From NCBI GenBank assembly GCA_012295275.1, contig CM022670.1:5766001-5830000 (forward strand): a stretch of 64,000 bases of DNA. Direction: 5' to 3'. Positions 51,924 through 64,000 of this stretch are shown here, in pieces. Position numbers and translations under genes: made by a program. The stretch comes from Chrysomallon squamiferum (lineage: Eukaryota; Animalia; Mollusca). Each line of letters begins with the position of its first letter. The first letter of the stretch is position 1. The notes under the pieces were generated by a model. The model ran no database searches. It was not told the origin of the DNA and saw only the letters and a list, made by a program, of their open reading frames with translations.

Positions 51924-53087
51924 AGCTTAATTTTAACAGGAAATAAAAACTGCTTACCAACCTTAATAATGTCTACTCATAATTCATCACTTGAAAAACA
52001 TTTCAAATTTTTTTTAAATAGGACATCCCACTCTTTCCTTCAATAAGCTTGTTAATATTTTAACCACTAATCTTGTCCATCTCCTGGTCAATATGAATTA
52101 ACAAAACAGATTAAACAAGTCAGTAAAGAACTTTGTTCCAACATTTATTTTTTTTTTCTTGATGATTTATACAAAATAAAAGAACTAACTGATAAAAACA
52201 CATATACATGTTTGTATGTTAATGAGAGGGCAAACTAGGTTACACAACAAGAGCTTAATGTAAAAACAAGACAATGTCAACAACTGTCTAATGATGTACA
52301 CTAAATTTACTTTGTATGCTGCATTTCGTTACAGCCATGAAATAAATAACTTTAAAACATTTCGTTCTTGCTAACTGATAAATTAATGAATTGTATGAAC
52401 ACATTAAAAAAGCTTGGCTTGACAATAAGCCCTGTCCACACCCTCGGTCTCCTGTAACAACAGCAGCAAGAGGAGCTAGTGAACAAATTTAAAACAGATT
52501 AAAATACATTTCAATGACGTCTTGCGAGTTAAAACACTGAAATGCATGAATGAAGATTCATGATCACGTCAAATAAGAGAACTTTTATGAGGTATTCCCA
52601 GCTAAAAACGTCCAACAATCTATTCAGAATGAGTCTGTGCTTGCGACATCATGGTGACAGCACTGTTAAAATTGTCACAGCTTCAAGTAAACTTCAATAC
52701 TGCTGCAGGCTCCTCTGTGTGTAAATGGTAAACAAGTCTTACGTCCAGTAAACGAGATGAATTTCTATCCAGAATTATTGGGTATTATTTTTTTTTAAAA
52801 AATTATTCTTCTAATATGTAATCAAGATGTTATTTTTTTTTCTACTGTCACTTTTAACAAAAGATAGTAAATTTTCTTTCCACTGTCAACATCACATTAT
52901 AAATGTTGGCCGATAAACGAGATATTTTCCTTTCCCTTTACGTCTGTGATGTAAACTTGAGTTTACCATCCTCTGTTGTGAAATAAACAATTGAATGTAA
53001 ACATGTTAAATCCTGTGTTGTTGTAAATGTGAGTGAAATGATGTTTGTGAGAAACAAGTGAGTTTACTCAAAGCTGTCTGTCTTTAT

Positions 53088-54926
53088 TTATTCTGCTTCG
53101 TCATCTTCCTCTTCCTCCTCCTCCTCCTCCTCCTCCTCTTCCTCTTCTTCCTCCTTAGCTGGTTCTGCCTGAGGCTTTGGTTTTTTGGCAGGAGAGATTT
53201 TGCCTCCCTTCTCATAGGCGAGTTTTTCCTGTATAATCGAAACAATTAGGTTTTTTTAAATTTCAAGAGAATAATTTGTCAAAACTAAAATACATTTTTA
53301 CAATCTGATTTTATCACAGCTGCAATGCATTTCTTTATGACATAGTATGTTGGATTCTAAGTGTGTGAAAGACATTGTTTTGGTATTTACATGGCACTGT
53401 GTTTGTTTGCAGCTGTGTGTGTATAAGATGTGGTTTTAGGATTGTTATTAAAAAAAAAAAACATTCTTCTTTTTTTACCATTTCATATCTCTTCTTATCC
53501 TTGGCTGCCATTATGTCATATTTTGGTTTGTCCTTGCAGACTGCCCACATTTTACCGAGATCTTTAGCAATGTCCCCCACTGACCAGTCTGGGTATTTCT
53601 TCCTCAGTGCTGGACGCTCATCCGCACAGAAGAAAAAGAAAGCAGATCTGAAAACACAAATAAATAATGTAAAAACAAGTGTTTGAAACACTACTACTTC
53701 ATAAAGAAAAGACTTTTATTCAATGTCACAACACATTTTTATTCTATAGTTTTAAACAGGTGAAACAAAAAGTCTGTAGTATTATTCAGTAGATTTTGTT
53801 TCATGCATGGCTGACATGTATGACATAGATACAGTGAACAAAATGAAAATGTGGTGAAAAAATCAATGTTTAAGTCCTAGTATCTTTTATTCCAAGCCAA
53901 TACATATGCAGTTAAAAACCACATACAAAATCAGCTGTCACTACAGGATGAGTTACTATTTTATTAGAATATTTATTATGCATTTATCCAAACAGATGCA
54001 CATCAAAGGATTCTCAACAAAACAAATCTGCTGTGTACAGATTTATGAAAAAAAAAAACTATCAAAAGCACACTACAGAAAAACAATACAAGTATTTATA
54101 AATACAGTAAACTGCATGAAAATTTGCAAATAAACATAGTATCCTGTACAAAGGTTTATATAAAAATATTTTAAAAGTACAATAAAAAAAAACTTACAGT
54201 GCTCTTTTTGGTGCATTTGGATCTTTTTTGTGTTTGCGTTTTCTTCCTTTGCCAGGACCTTCACCAGCAGGTGGCGTGTATGTGGACATTTCATTGTCAT
54301 AACGAATCTTATCTTTAGCAGCCATCTCTTCAAACCTCATTTTCTCCTTCGCACTCATCTCCTGAAATTACAACACTGGTAGTATTCACACACAGTAACA
54401 GTATTGTACTAGTTACACAATGGCATAGAGGTGTCACAACTTTATTCCAGTTGTCTTGGATGTAATTGAGAATACAACTTCTATATATTGTTTTTCACTA
54501 ATCCATCAAAGGCTTTGTTCTGCCAGTGAGAAGTGCATGTAAAAGAAGATGTCTAAGTTACCCAGGACTTGAAATAGCTTTCTCCATCATTGAACTTCTA
54601 ATAACTTTAGATGTGGGGAGTTCTCAAATGTTTTGTCATATATTAAAGATGTTATTAAAACTAATGTATACCTGGTTATAAATATAGTTATAAGTTATCT
54701 TATTACTGTCTGCAAGTTAATAATTAGTAGATGAGATGAGTGAAGGTTATGTGTTTTGACAATTAAGTTTACACACCTTCCACTTCTCTGAACATTTTCG
54801 ACTGAACTCTGTGAAGACAACATTCTCGCCAGGATGTTTCTTCTGATGCTCCTCACGACAGATTTTCACAAAAAAGGCGTATGAAGACATGCGTCCTCTT
54901 GGTTTATCACTCTTACCTCGTGGCAT
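53088..54926 (-). CDS. HMGB: High mobility group B protein (HMGB1/2-like; two HMG boxes plus acidic tail), 207 aa
   Basis: Exons (-): 54926-54777, 54361-54198, 53647-53479, 53228-53088, all GT-AG. Sequence [20 protein letters not shown]...[25 protein letters not shown]...LGKMW, poly-E tail. An acceptor at 54941 indicates a non-coding first exon. Confidence 0.95.
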
Positions 54927-57531
54927 GGTTGTCTAGTAATCTGCAATTAAAAATACCAAGTGTTATAATATGCAGAGAGGGTATACCTAAATGATTTACA
55001 TTCAGATTGGTCATTTCAGAAAAAGCATTTCTTTTAGTGGAATGGGGTGAAAGGACAATTTGGGAATTGTTTTCTTTCTTTTATCATTCTTAAAACAAAA
55101 GGACATGCTAAAGAGCACGTTTTTTATCAAATATTCTAAAGACAAAATATTCAGACTGGATCTGAAAGGTCTTCTCATTCAAAATGTGAACATTTTTACA
55201 TTTAGTATTTCTTGTACAATTTTATTTTATTTCACAAACACAGTAAGTACAAATATTTTAAATCTTTGCATTAAAATGAATATATCGCTTTTAAAGATAT
55301 ACCTACTGTTTCTTGAATGTGTCACTTGTTATGGAACTAAATGTTTATATTCAGTAAATTTTACTGCATACAACATGTAGTAGGAAATAACTCACATTCA
55401 ACATTTCATATATTTGTTATTCTGTAAAGCTGATTGATAAGAACTTTTGTAAACACCAATTTACATTATTTTCAGCTCGTATATGCATATAAAAACACTA
55501 ACAAATTTTAAAAGCTGCGATACAACTGCAGAATTCATTGCAATGAATAAAAATATTTAACTTAAAAGCTACTGATATTTAGCAATCAAAACAAATAAAA
55601 TAAAAATTTGGAAACTATTTATTAATTTAATCTGACAACAATTTTAATGAAGTATTACAACTAGGATTTAACCATATTTACTGCTCAGTACAACGTTCAT
55701 TAAATATAAAAAAAATTCCAAATCCAAGTAATTATGAAAATGGTAAAATTTATTTCAAGTAACAGGTTGGTTTCAAAGAAATATTTTTCAAATGTAACAA
55801 TTTAAGAATATATAGATTTATCAAATTAACTTTATCAGTGATTTACTAAACTGCTTTATGGTGAAACTAAGACAAAGTAACTACTGAATTTACATGTTTT
55901 TTCAAACTCTGAACAAACTTGATTTTAAGAACTGAAAATCTTGGCAAAAGAATTTAACAATTACAAAAAAAATAAAGGTAAAGTCAAAGGGTACAATTTT
56001 CCGACATCCACAATTTTTTCTTCAGAAATTTTTAAGTATATAATTTTTAAAAATATACAAAAACCTAAATGTCTCATACATTTTTTATTATTAATACCAA
56101 GTACAATCTATTACCTTCTGATATAAAATATGCTTTTCTAATATTATTATAAAATAACATCTTTAAAAACAGATTTAATGTTGAAATATAAATTCTGAAA
56201 TTTAATGATAAAGTACATTGTTAATTACTCAGGAAATCTATTTTCAAAAACAGCAAATACAAGAGTGGGGAAAAAAAAGAATCTCGCCGCTTGCAAATGT
56301 TTCACCAACAATTATGATAGTCAAGTGCAGTTGTTTACCCTTTACAATTTTACTTTTTTTTATAAATCAGGTGCTAGGTTTCAGGGTTTGTAATTTGTTT
56401 CACAATCTTGATTTGCATTCCAAGTTTTACTGCCAGTCTGACAAAACTAGAGGAAGCACATATCAAGGGAGCAAACTCAGACAGGTCAGCAATAAAACTT
56501 GAATATCAATACAACTTTTACGTGACAAAATTCAGTTTGAAAAAAACAACATCAGTAATTGTATTATATTTTTTATTCCCACAATACAGAGACACTGACA
56601 ATCTTTTGTACTAAAAACATTTCTAACTAGGCAACAATCCCCCCCACCCATTTTACAACACCACAACAAACCATGATGACCACTACCAAACTTATTTTAA
56701 TGACAATTTCAGATAACATCAAATTAAAAAGAATATACCCAGAATATATGAAATAATTACGTTTCTTTTAAGAAATTCTTGAGTGCTAGTGAGAATCAAA
56801 TAAAAATACAATATCTCTACCAGTCTTGCCCCATGGCTGATCTTGAATTTGGTTTCGGTGACTTCTAAACAATGACCAGTCACTGAATTATCACTTCACG
56901 TCTTACTAACTGAACACAAAAAAAGACTGAGGTAGAAACCCAATTATCCAACCCCCTGAGATTCATTGAACATCCTGCCTAGGATTAATTTTTTTTTCTT
57001 CTCTATATTCTGGTCATCATGCAAAAAAAAATTTGTTTGCCTAATTTTCTGAAGACACAATTCATTTTATTTTGGCACTAAAATAAAGCTTAAGAATTTG
57101 GAGAACATTTTTTTTATTATTTAAAAAAATTGTGACTTATCAAGAAAATCAGTATACAAGAATGACAATGTTTAAAATATGATATTACAATGATTATGAA
57201 AAACAAATTATGAAATTTTAAAAGCCAAACAAGCATGCTTTTAACATGTGTCCAGTTCTGCAACATGGTACGGAGAAATTTCTACCTTTCCATGAATTTG
57301 ATGAAAACTAAAGATGTTACAGTTTTTAAAAATTCTTGACATTCACATTAAATGAGTAAACAACTACAGGACAATGAAGAACTAGAAAAAACTATTTGGA
57401 GATGTCATACACAATGTTTAATGGGTCACTGCCGTTGTTGCCCATGCACACATGTGGGATAATGTCAACATCTGACACATAATGAAAATATGAAACAGTT
57501 TATGATTGGGATCATTGACTAAAACAAATAT

Positions 57532-59192
57532 TTATTCATCATCATCATCTTCTTCCTCTTCCTCTTCCTCATCATCATCTTGAACTTGTTTTTTGGCTTT
57601 CTTTGCTGGAGAAGGCTTGGTGGCAACCTTTCCTCCCTTCTTGTAAGCAGCACATTCCTAAAAAACAATTAAAAAGTTGTTTTACGAAATGTAAGTGAAC
57701 TACAGTGATTGAGCAAAAATTTGTTTCAGAACAAACCATTATCCTTTCTAGTTTATTTTCAAGGATTGTGAACAATAAACATGTTTAAAAATCTATTAGA
57801 GAACAAATTTTCTAGAATATATACATTATGCATATTTACAAAGTAATAATAAAAGTAATAAAATAATACAAAGTTAGTTTTCTTTTATCAGCCATCTGAT
57901 AATACATCTACATTTTCTTATATTCAAGGACAATAATCGGGTGTTTCCAACAAAGTTACCTCAAACTGATTAGAGAAACAACATTCAGACCTTTTTATAA
58001 TATGTATCCTCTAATTACACAGAAAAATGTAAGTTCTACAATTTCAGTATTTTATCTACAAATTTTGCTAAATACCTTCTCATATCTCTCCTTGTCCTTC
58101 ACATTCATGGCTTCGTATTTTGCTTTTTCTTTGCACACTCCCCATCTCTTTCCCAGTTCTTTAGCAATTTCTGACACAGGAGCATCGGGCATTTTTGACC
58201 TCACCTTGGGGCGCTCCTCAGCACAGAAAAAGAAAAAGCCTGATCTGTAAAATAACCAAAACAGAAATACTGAAAAACAACTGTATAGTTATCCTTGTTT
58301 TTTTTATACTTATTAAACAATGCTCTCTATAATCAGATTATTTTCTTTATCATAAAAGTAATTGATTAACAACCTCTTTCAACTTAATGTTGAAAGCATA
58401 CATTAAAATGTTGTAAATGTTTAACAAATGCCTGTACTAATTATTTGTCAGCCTTTTAACATTAAAAAGGACTTTTTGGTACAAACTATAAACACTTCCA
58501 AAACTCAGATGGGTATTTTTTTTTGATGCATAGAATAATTTATGAAGTCCACAAATACACTCAATTATAGAAAATGTTTAACTATGTAGGAAATATAAAT
58601 CTGAAACAAATCACTAAATGCAATACAGGATAAGGTAAATTGTTATAGGTACAGGTCCATGTTTTTGTTACAGCATCCAAGAAGTCACAAGTTTTTTTGT
58701 AATTTACAATGTACGACATCAATGTTTTGTTTACACTCCTTAATTACATCTTTTACACCTATAATAAACTTAAATTCTATTACTTCCATACTGTTTGTTT
58801 GGCCTAACAAAATGAGCAAATGGTTTAGATATACTACTTGTTAATATGCCATGTTCACCATCAAAACATGTTAAATATATCAACAGTTGAAACAATTAGG
58901 TTTGTATGTAAGTTATCACAAAGACATTTAAACTTTCTAAGTATTATATAAAATGTTAAATTACAGTCGCCGACACCCAGTGTGTTAATTCTGAAATACC
59001 AACAACTATTTCCTGAAGAATTAAATAGCACTGTGATACAATTATACTGATGTACTGTAAATCAAAGTAATGCAACAGAACTGATTCATTTGATACATAT
59101 ATTAAGTGAGATGTGTATAATTATACTAACAAAGGTCTCTTTGGTGCATTGGGATCCTTCTTTTGTCTTCGCTTTGTTCCTCTGGCAGACAT
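57532..59192 (-). CDS. Single-HMG-box HMGB paralog (box B plus basic and acidic tail), 118 aa
   Basis: Exons (-): 59192-59131, 58244-58076, 57657-57532. Sequence [37 protein letters not shown]...ELGKRW...[35 protein letters not shown]. There is an in-frame TGA upstream of the ATG and an acceptor at 59222. Confidence 0.9.
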
Positions 59193-61234
59193 TTTTATTT
59201 TTGAATCTCAAAACAAAAGCCCTGAAAAACACAAAAGTATCCATACAATAATAGTCATCAACATAAATGTATATAGAACAACAAATTAAGTAGTGAATGT
59301 TAAATATCAGATGGGAAATGTACAAAGTAACATGCGGAGACTGATTAATTTACACTCGGAAAGACTTTCCCTTGTTTACTTGCTCTCACGATGAATAAAG
59401 CAGAAGATTTTATGAAAAAACAAATCTCATCCAACTGCCATTAGATTTGAACTTGAAATTTTAGTTCAAACTGTCCTGTCACAACTTGATGGCTGAAAAA
59501 ATAAAGTTTTGTATACAGTTCAATTAGGTTACCACTGCATGCAAAACAATCACACTTAAATATGAATTAAAAAGATTTTACTTCAAATATAATTGTTCAG
59601 TTCTTTTTTCTGTACACACAATTTACCACCAAGAAATTAACAGATGTCTTTTTTTTAAATATGGGGGTACAAAGGAAAGTCTTGCCCTTTAAAAAAAAGT
59701 ATCACTTATTTTTGTACATTATATTAATGTGTTAGAACGTTCAATTTATATTACTTTAATTTACTAAAAAAAAAAAAAAAAAAAGTATTATGTAATTAAA
59801 GAATTTTATTTTGTTGAAGAAATTTATAATATACCTTTCATCCCCAGCAAAACATCCATTAAACGCTTGGCAGCAAACATCTTGAGAACTGCGCAATTCA
59901 TAAAAACCCGAAATAATGCACAAAAAAAGATGTCCAGTTTCAAAATAAAATTGTTTTATCACTCCGTCAGCAAAAATCTATTTACATTAATTAATCAACA
60001 AAAGATAAATAGATTAAATTATTTTGTTGAATGATTTACAACTGCATCTCAATGTACAAAAATTGAAAATTTTAAAAAAATTAAAATTTTGTAATTAAAC
60101 AAAAAAATTGTCTTCTAATTAAATTTTGGGGGATGCAAAATAAAATAATATTTACAAACAAAAGATTTGTAATTGGGTCAAACCACTAAGAAAAACAAAC
60201 ACACAAATATGAATTTATTTTAAAAATTTATTTCAATCTGCAAACAAAAAAATACAACAGAAACAACGCTGTACTGTAATATCAACAGCATTGCCTGAGC
60301 ATGTATCTATTGTACATTTCCCATTCACTATGTTTTTATTCTCTATTTTTTTTTTTTTCTCTTTCTTGCCGCCATAGAATGTTTAACTGGATCAAACCAG
60401 ATCTTCAGACAAAGAAAGAACATTAAATAATCTATAAAATCATTAAAACAATCTAACACACCTACCAAAATTATTAAATTAATAAAACACTATTGCATGC
60501 ATTTCTACTATGTACTACCATTACCCTATAGTTAAGTAGTGTGTATGCAGAATCCAATGTTAAAACGAAAAAGAAATGGCGGCTTCACCGTCGGCAAACA
60601 ACGACCCCAAACATCACCTTCTCAATGTCAAATTCCAATCTCATGAATGAAAGACCTCTTTAAAATGGCCAACCTGTAAGTTTATATCATAATCTTTTGA
60701 CGACATTCGTGTACCTACAAGTTTTAACTTCGATTTTCAGTGTCCCATCGTTCACTGTATGTTATATACTGTCTGTAATACTGAAGCAATTGGTATGGCT
60801 ATACAGTCTTGTTGAAGCCTAACACAGCCTATATGGCCGCAACATGGCTATCGACAATGAGCTTCGTGGTTTAAATTCAGTGTATCTCAAAAATTAGACG
60901 AAAAAAGCAGGTCAAAAAATTTTGACAAATTAAAGATTTATGTAAGAACATATTCCTACCAACAAAACTTGAAGCGAAATATATTTAAACCAGCTATCGT
61001 CTTTTTTCCAAGTCCTATTTTCTTATGCAGCTATAATGGCTAGGCCGACATGTCTGTTGCAAGCTCTATATAGGACATGATGAGAGTGACCGATGAAAAA
61101 TCAAAATAGCATATATTTCTAACATATAACACTTCAAAAAATAATATGCACCCAATTCATAAGATATAATACTACTGCATACAATATTTTTTCTAAGCCA
61201 GAAAAATTGTAAAATAAACTTTTAAGAAATTTAA

Positions 61235-61410
61235 ACTCACCGTCCTATTGCAAAAACAGATGCCGCAAATAGTATACCCACGCTATGTATTCTGCTAAAC
61301 ACTTGGGTGTCTTTCGGCGTCTAGTTCGATGATTGGATAAAACTCAGAATGACCGCACAAAGCAACCAATGAACTATAAGGATTTGAATGACGTATTTGC
61401 ATAATAATAA
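61235..61410 (-). promoter_or_regulatory. Putative HMG promoter and non-coding leader exon
   Basis: Minus-strand donor ACG|GTGAGT at 61241/61240. CCAAT boxes at 61332-61336 and 61366-61370, TGACGT at 61389-61394, octamer ATTTGCAT at 61395-61402, and CpG retention. Confidence 0.6.
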
Positions 61411-61796
61411 GAAGCCATCAACAAATAATGAATGTCTAAATTTATCGCAAAACTTGTATACTACTATCTAGAAAGTAACTTTTAGTTGCAAAAACAATCG
61501 TTTCAATATTTACAAAATTTTAAAACATTATTTATGTCATTAAAACCTACAGAATAGGTTGTTTTTATTGTCTCAGTACCTAGTAGTATGGTAGATGATA
61601 TTTTACCTGCATAACAATTACAAATCTGATTTATAAATCTGAATTAAAAGTACTAGGCCCCATATGGTATAATCACACAAATATAGTGACAAAGTATTTA
61701 AAGTTCTTCATTTACGTGAATAAAAAAAAAAAGAAGAAGAAGAAGAAAAGGATTTGAATTAAAAAGGAAAATGTTGGGGGTAATCGCGATGTTTTA

Positions 61797-61832
<36 letters not shown>

Positions 61833-62194
61833 TGTGTGGGTGTGTGTGTGTGTGTGTTTTGGGGGGGAAGGGTTGCTGTTGTTTTACATCCCCATGATTC
61901 AAATCTGTTTCGTATTTCCAGTTTTTAAATGTCTGCCTGCAACAATCAATTTTAAAATTCCTTTTTCTATTACCGCTAATGAGAACCCGAGGCCCAGATG
62001 AGGATCTGACGAGTTGTTTAAGTAACCTTTCTTTGTTCCTCTCTCGGTCTGACCATGTTTAGAATTTCTGAATGCACATGTAATCAGTTAAGCGTCAGTG
62101 AGTTTTCAACATGCGTTGGTGGAGATTTTATAAACGTAATAGAAACGTCCTTTAGGTGACTGGATTTTTTAAATTATCATTTATCTATTCTTTA

Positions 62195-62291
62195 TTTTTT
62201 ATTATTATTATTTTTTAATTATTATTATTATTTTTTAATTATTATTATTATTTTTTAATTATTATTATTATTATTTGTTTTATTTTTACTA

Positions 62292-62324
<33 letters not shown>

Positions 62325-62366
62325 TTTTTGTGTGTGTGTGGTGGTTTTATTTGTTTCTTTATTTTG

Positions 62367-62398
<32 letters not shown>

Positions 62399-62400
62399 TT

Positions 62401-62437
<37 letters not shown>

Positions 62438-62530
62438 TGGTTTTATTTGTTTCTTTATTTTGTTTTTATTATTATTCTATTATTATTATACTAAGCCTAC
62501 TACTATTACTATTATTATCATCATCATCAT
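62195..62530. repeat. Compound (TTA)n/(TG)n low-complexity region with an internal duplication
   Basis: Direct reading. TGTGTGTGGTGGTTTTATTTGTTTCTTTATTTTG occurs twice. Confidence 0.85.
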
Positions 62531-63669
62531 CACTATCAGTGTTGTATATACAATTTGACAAGGAAATATATAGCAGTAATTAGGAATATGGAATTGCTTT
62601 GCAATTTCTTGTTTGTTTGTTTTTTAGTACTTTAAATTTTTATTTGTTGTTTATTTTGGGGTGATTTTTGTCATTTTTCTTTTGTTTTCTTTGTTTGTTC
62701 ATCTTTAAAATTTGAAAATTTAATTGCCTTCTGGTCATCATCCCTCAAATTACAATCTGTATATAATAAAACAGTCATATAATTTTTACTTCAATTCATT
62801 TCCTTTAATTCTGATATCAAGAACACTGTCTGCATTCATTATTATACAAAGTGCTTTTTTATGTATCAGTAAAAACAACGTCCGTGGTAACAATTAAGTA
62901 TGTAATTATACCATTCAACTCTCCTGCCTCGTCTGGAACTTAATGCCATCTTACAAAGAAGAGCTTAATTAGTATCGTTTTTATAACGTGTCATTCCAGA
63001 CGTTTATTTTAAAAGAATTCTATGAAGTCTTTGTTCTCAACAGGTGTTATGCATATATGTATAGTTTCGAATTGTTAGCAAATGAGTGGTTTAAACAATA
63101 CATAATACGTAATACTGCATGCAAATAATTTTAAATTCGATAATAAATTTTTTTTAAATGTCCTAGATGATCTCTTAACTCATTTATTTATTGAATATTA
63201 AAAATAATATTAATTTCTTTTGTTTTCAATGTTTTACAATTATTAGTTAAAAAACAAAATTAGGTAAAAAATATATAAATCTTTTTTGTTAATTTTTTTT
63301 TTAGTATTATACAACATAAGAATCTATTTTTAAATGTTCAGATTTGTAACGGTTTGAACGTATATCAGTCATCATCGACATTTGTATGTACATGGCTTAT
63401 TCATTACGATATATATATTCTTAAGAATGTAAATTTTTATTTCTGTGAAAGTTATAATACATTTACATGAAAAATAATGCCGCAGGAAGTTATAAAGATT
63501 ATTAAAAATGAATACGTTGTTTAGAATATACGATTAATTTAAAATCCAAATTTGCTTAAAATGCAAAAGATATTATTGAAAATAATATGTATTTATTTCA
63601 TTTTATTGTATATTATCTAAGTTATCAAAGTATGTACTTAATTATTATTATTTGGTGTAAGTAGTCTAT

Positions 63670-63815
63670 CGACATTTGGCGGGATGTTTATGGTGCCAAC
63701 TGGGCGGGGCACAAACCCTTATTTGGAAAGTCGACGTCATTTAACCTTTGACCTAGCCACGCTCCAAAACACTCCGCCATTTGTTTCGCTTTACCATGGG
63801 CTTCGATACGACGAT
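63670..63815 (+). promoter_or_regulatory. CpG-rich promoter of a gene extending beyond the window
   Basis: E2F-like TTTGGCGGGA at 63675-63684, GC box GGGCGGGG at 63702-63709, GACGTCA at 63733-63739 and YY1-like CCGCCATTT at 63774-63782. Confidence 0.55.
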
Positions 63816-63896
63816 GTAATGTTTTTTTATATAACTGGAACGGAAAAAAAGAAAGATTAAATATTTTAGGTTTTGAATTTTCTGTGGTGCTTAAAG

Positions 63897-64000
63897 ATGA
63901 TGAGGTAATTATTTAAAAATAATGATATGTAGTTATAGAAATTCCTTTATTTTTGTTTATTAAGCACCATCATCAGCGCGAGCTCAGAGCTGGTGTTTTT
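63897..64000 (+). CDS. Possible 5' coding end of an unidentified gene (MMSTIISASSELVF...)
   Basis: ATGATGAG|GTAATT at 63897-63904, a 60-nt intron, then TTAAG|CACCATC at 63965, with the frame open to the window end. No recognisable homology. Confidence 0.25.

Noticed and set aside
59830-59960. Possible extra minus-strand exon upstream of the single-box HMG, or a box-A remnant
   Set aside because: A donor-like AAG|GTATAT exists, but there is no HMG-box similarity. At most an unsupported UTR exon.

Overview
AT-rich, intron-dense animal genomic DNA, probably an invertebrate such as a mollusc or other lophotrochozoan (inference from composition and gene structure). I reconstructed four spliced genes by hand: RFC3 (+, 512-3777, 8 coding exons, about 355 aa); an ATP8A1/2-type P4-ATPase phospholipid flippase (+, 4499-48699, 39 core coding exons, about 1152 aa); a canonical two-box HMGB (-, 54926-53088, 207 aa); and a tandem single-box HMGB paralog (-, 59192-57532, 118 aa). 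The most unusual structure is in the ~21-kb flippase intron just upstream of the exon encoding the autoinhibitory GYAFS motif. It holds a tandem array of ~1.4-2 kb modules carrying two interleaved families of symmetric phase-1 candidate microexons: ten 21-nt Ser/Pro-rich copies and eleven 27/30/33-nt copies that all keep a CAG acceptor and a non-canonical G|GCAAGT donor. If spliced, they would form a combinatorial, length-variable linker in the regulatory tail. The same gene has a mutually exclusive TM5-TM6 exon pair, a probable alternative first exon, a 10-fold tandem array of 3' splice sites, several other splice-junction-anchored duplications and an 82-nt intronic hairpin. All splicing claims come from sequence alone and need RNA evidence.
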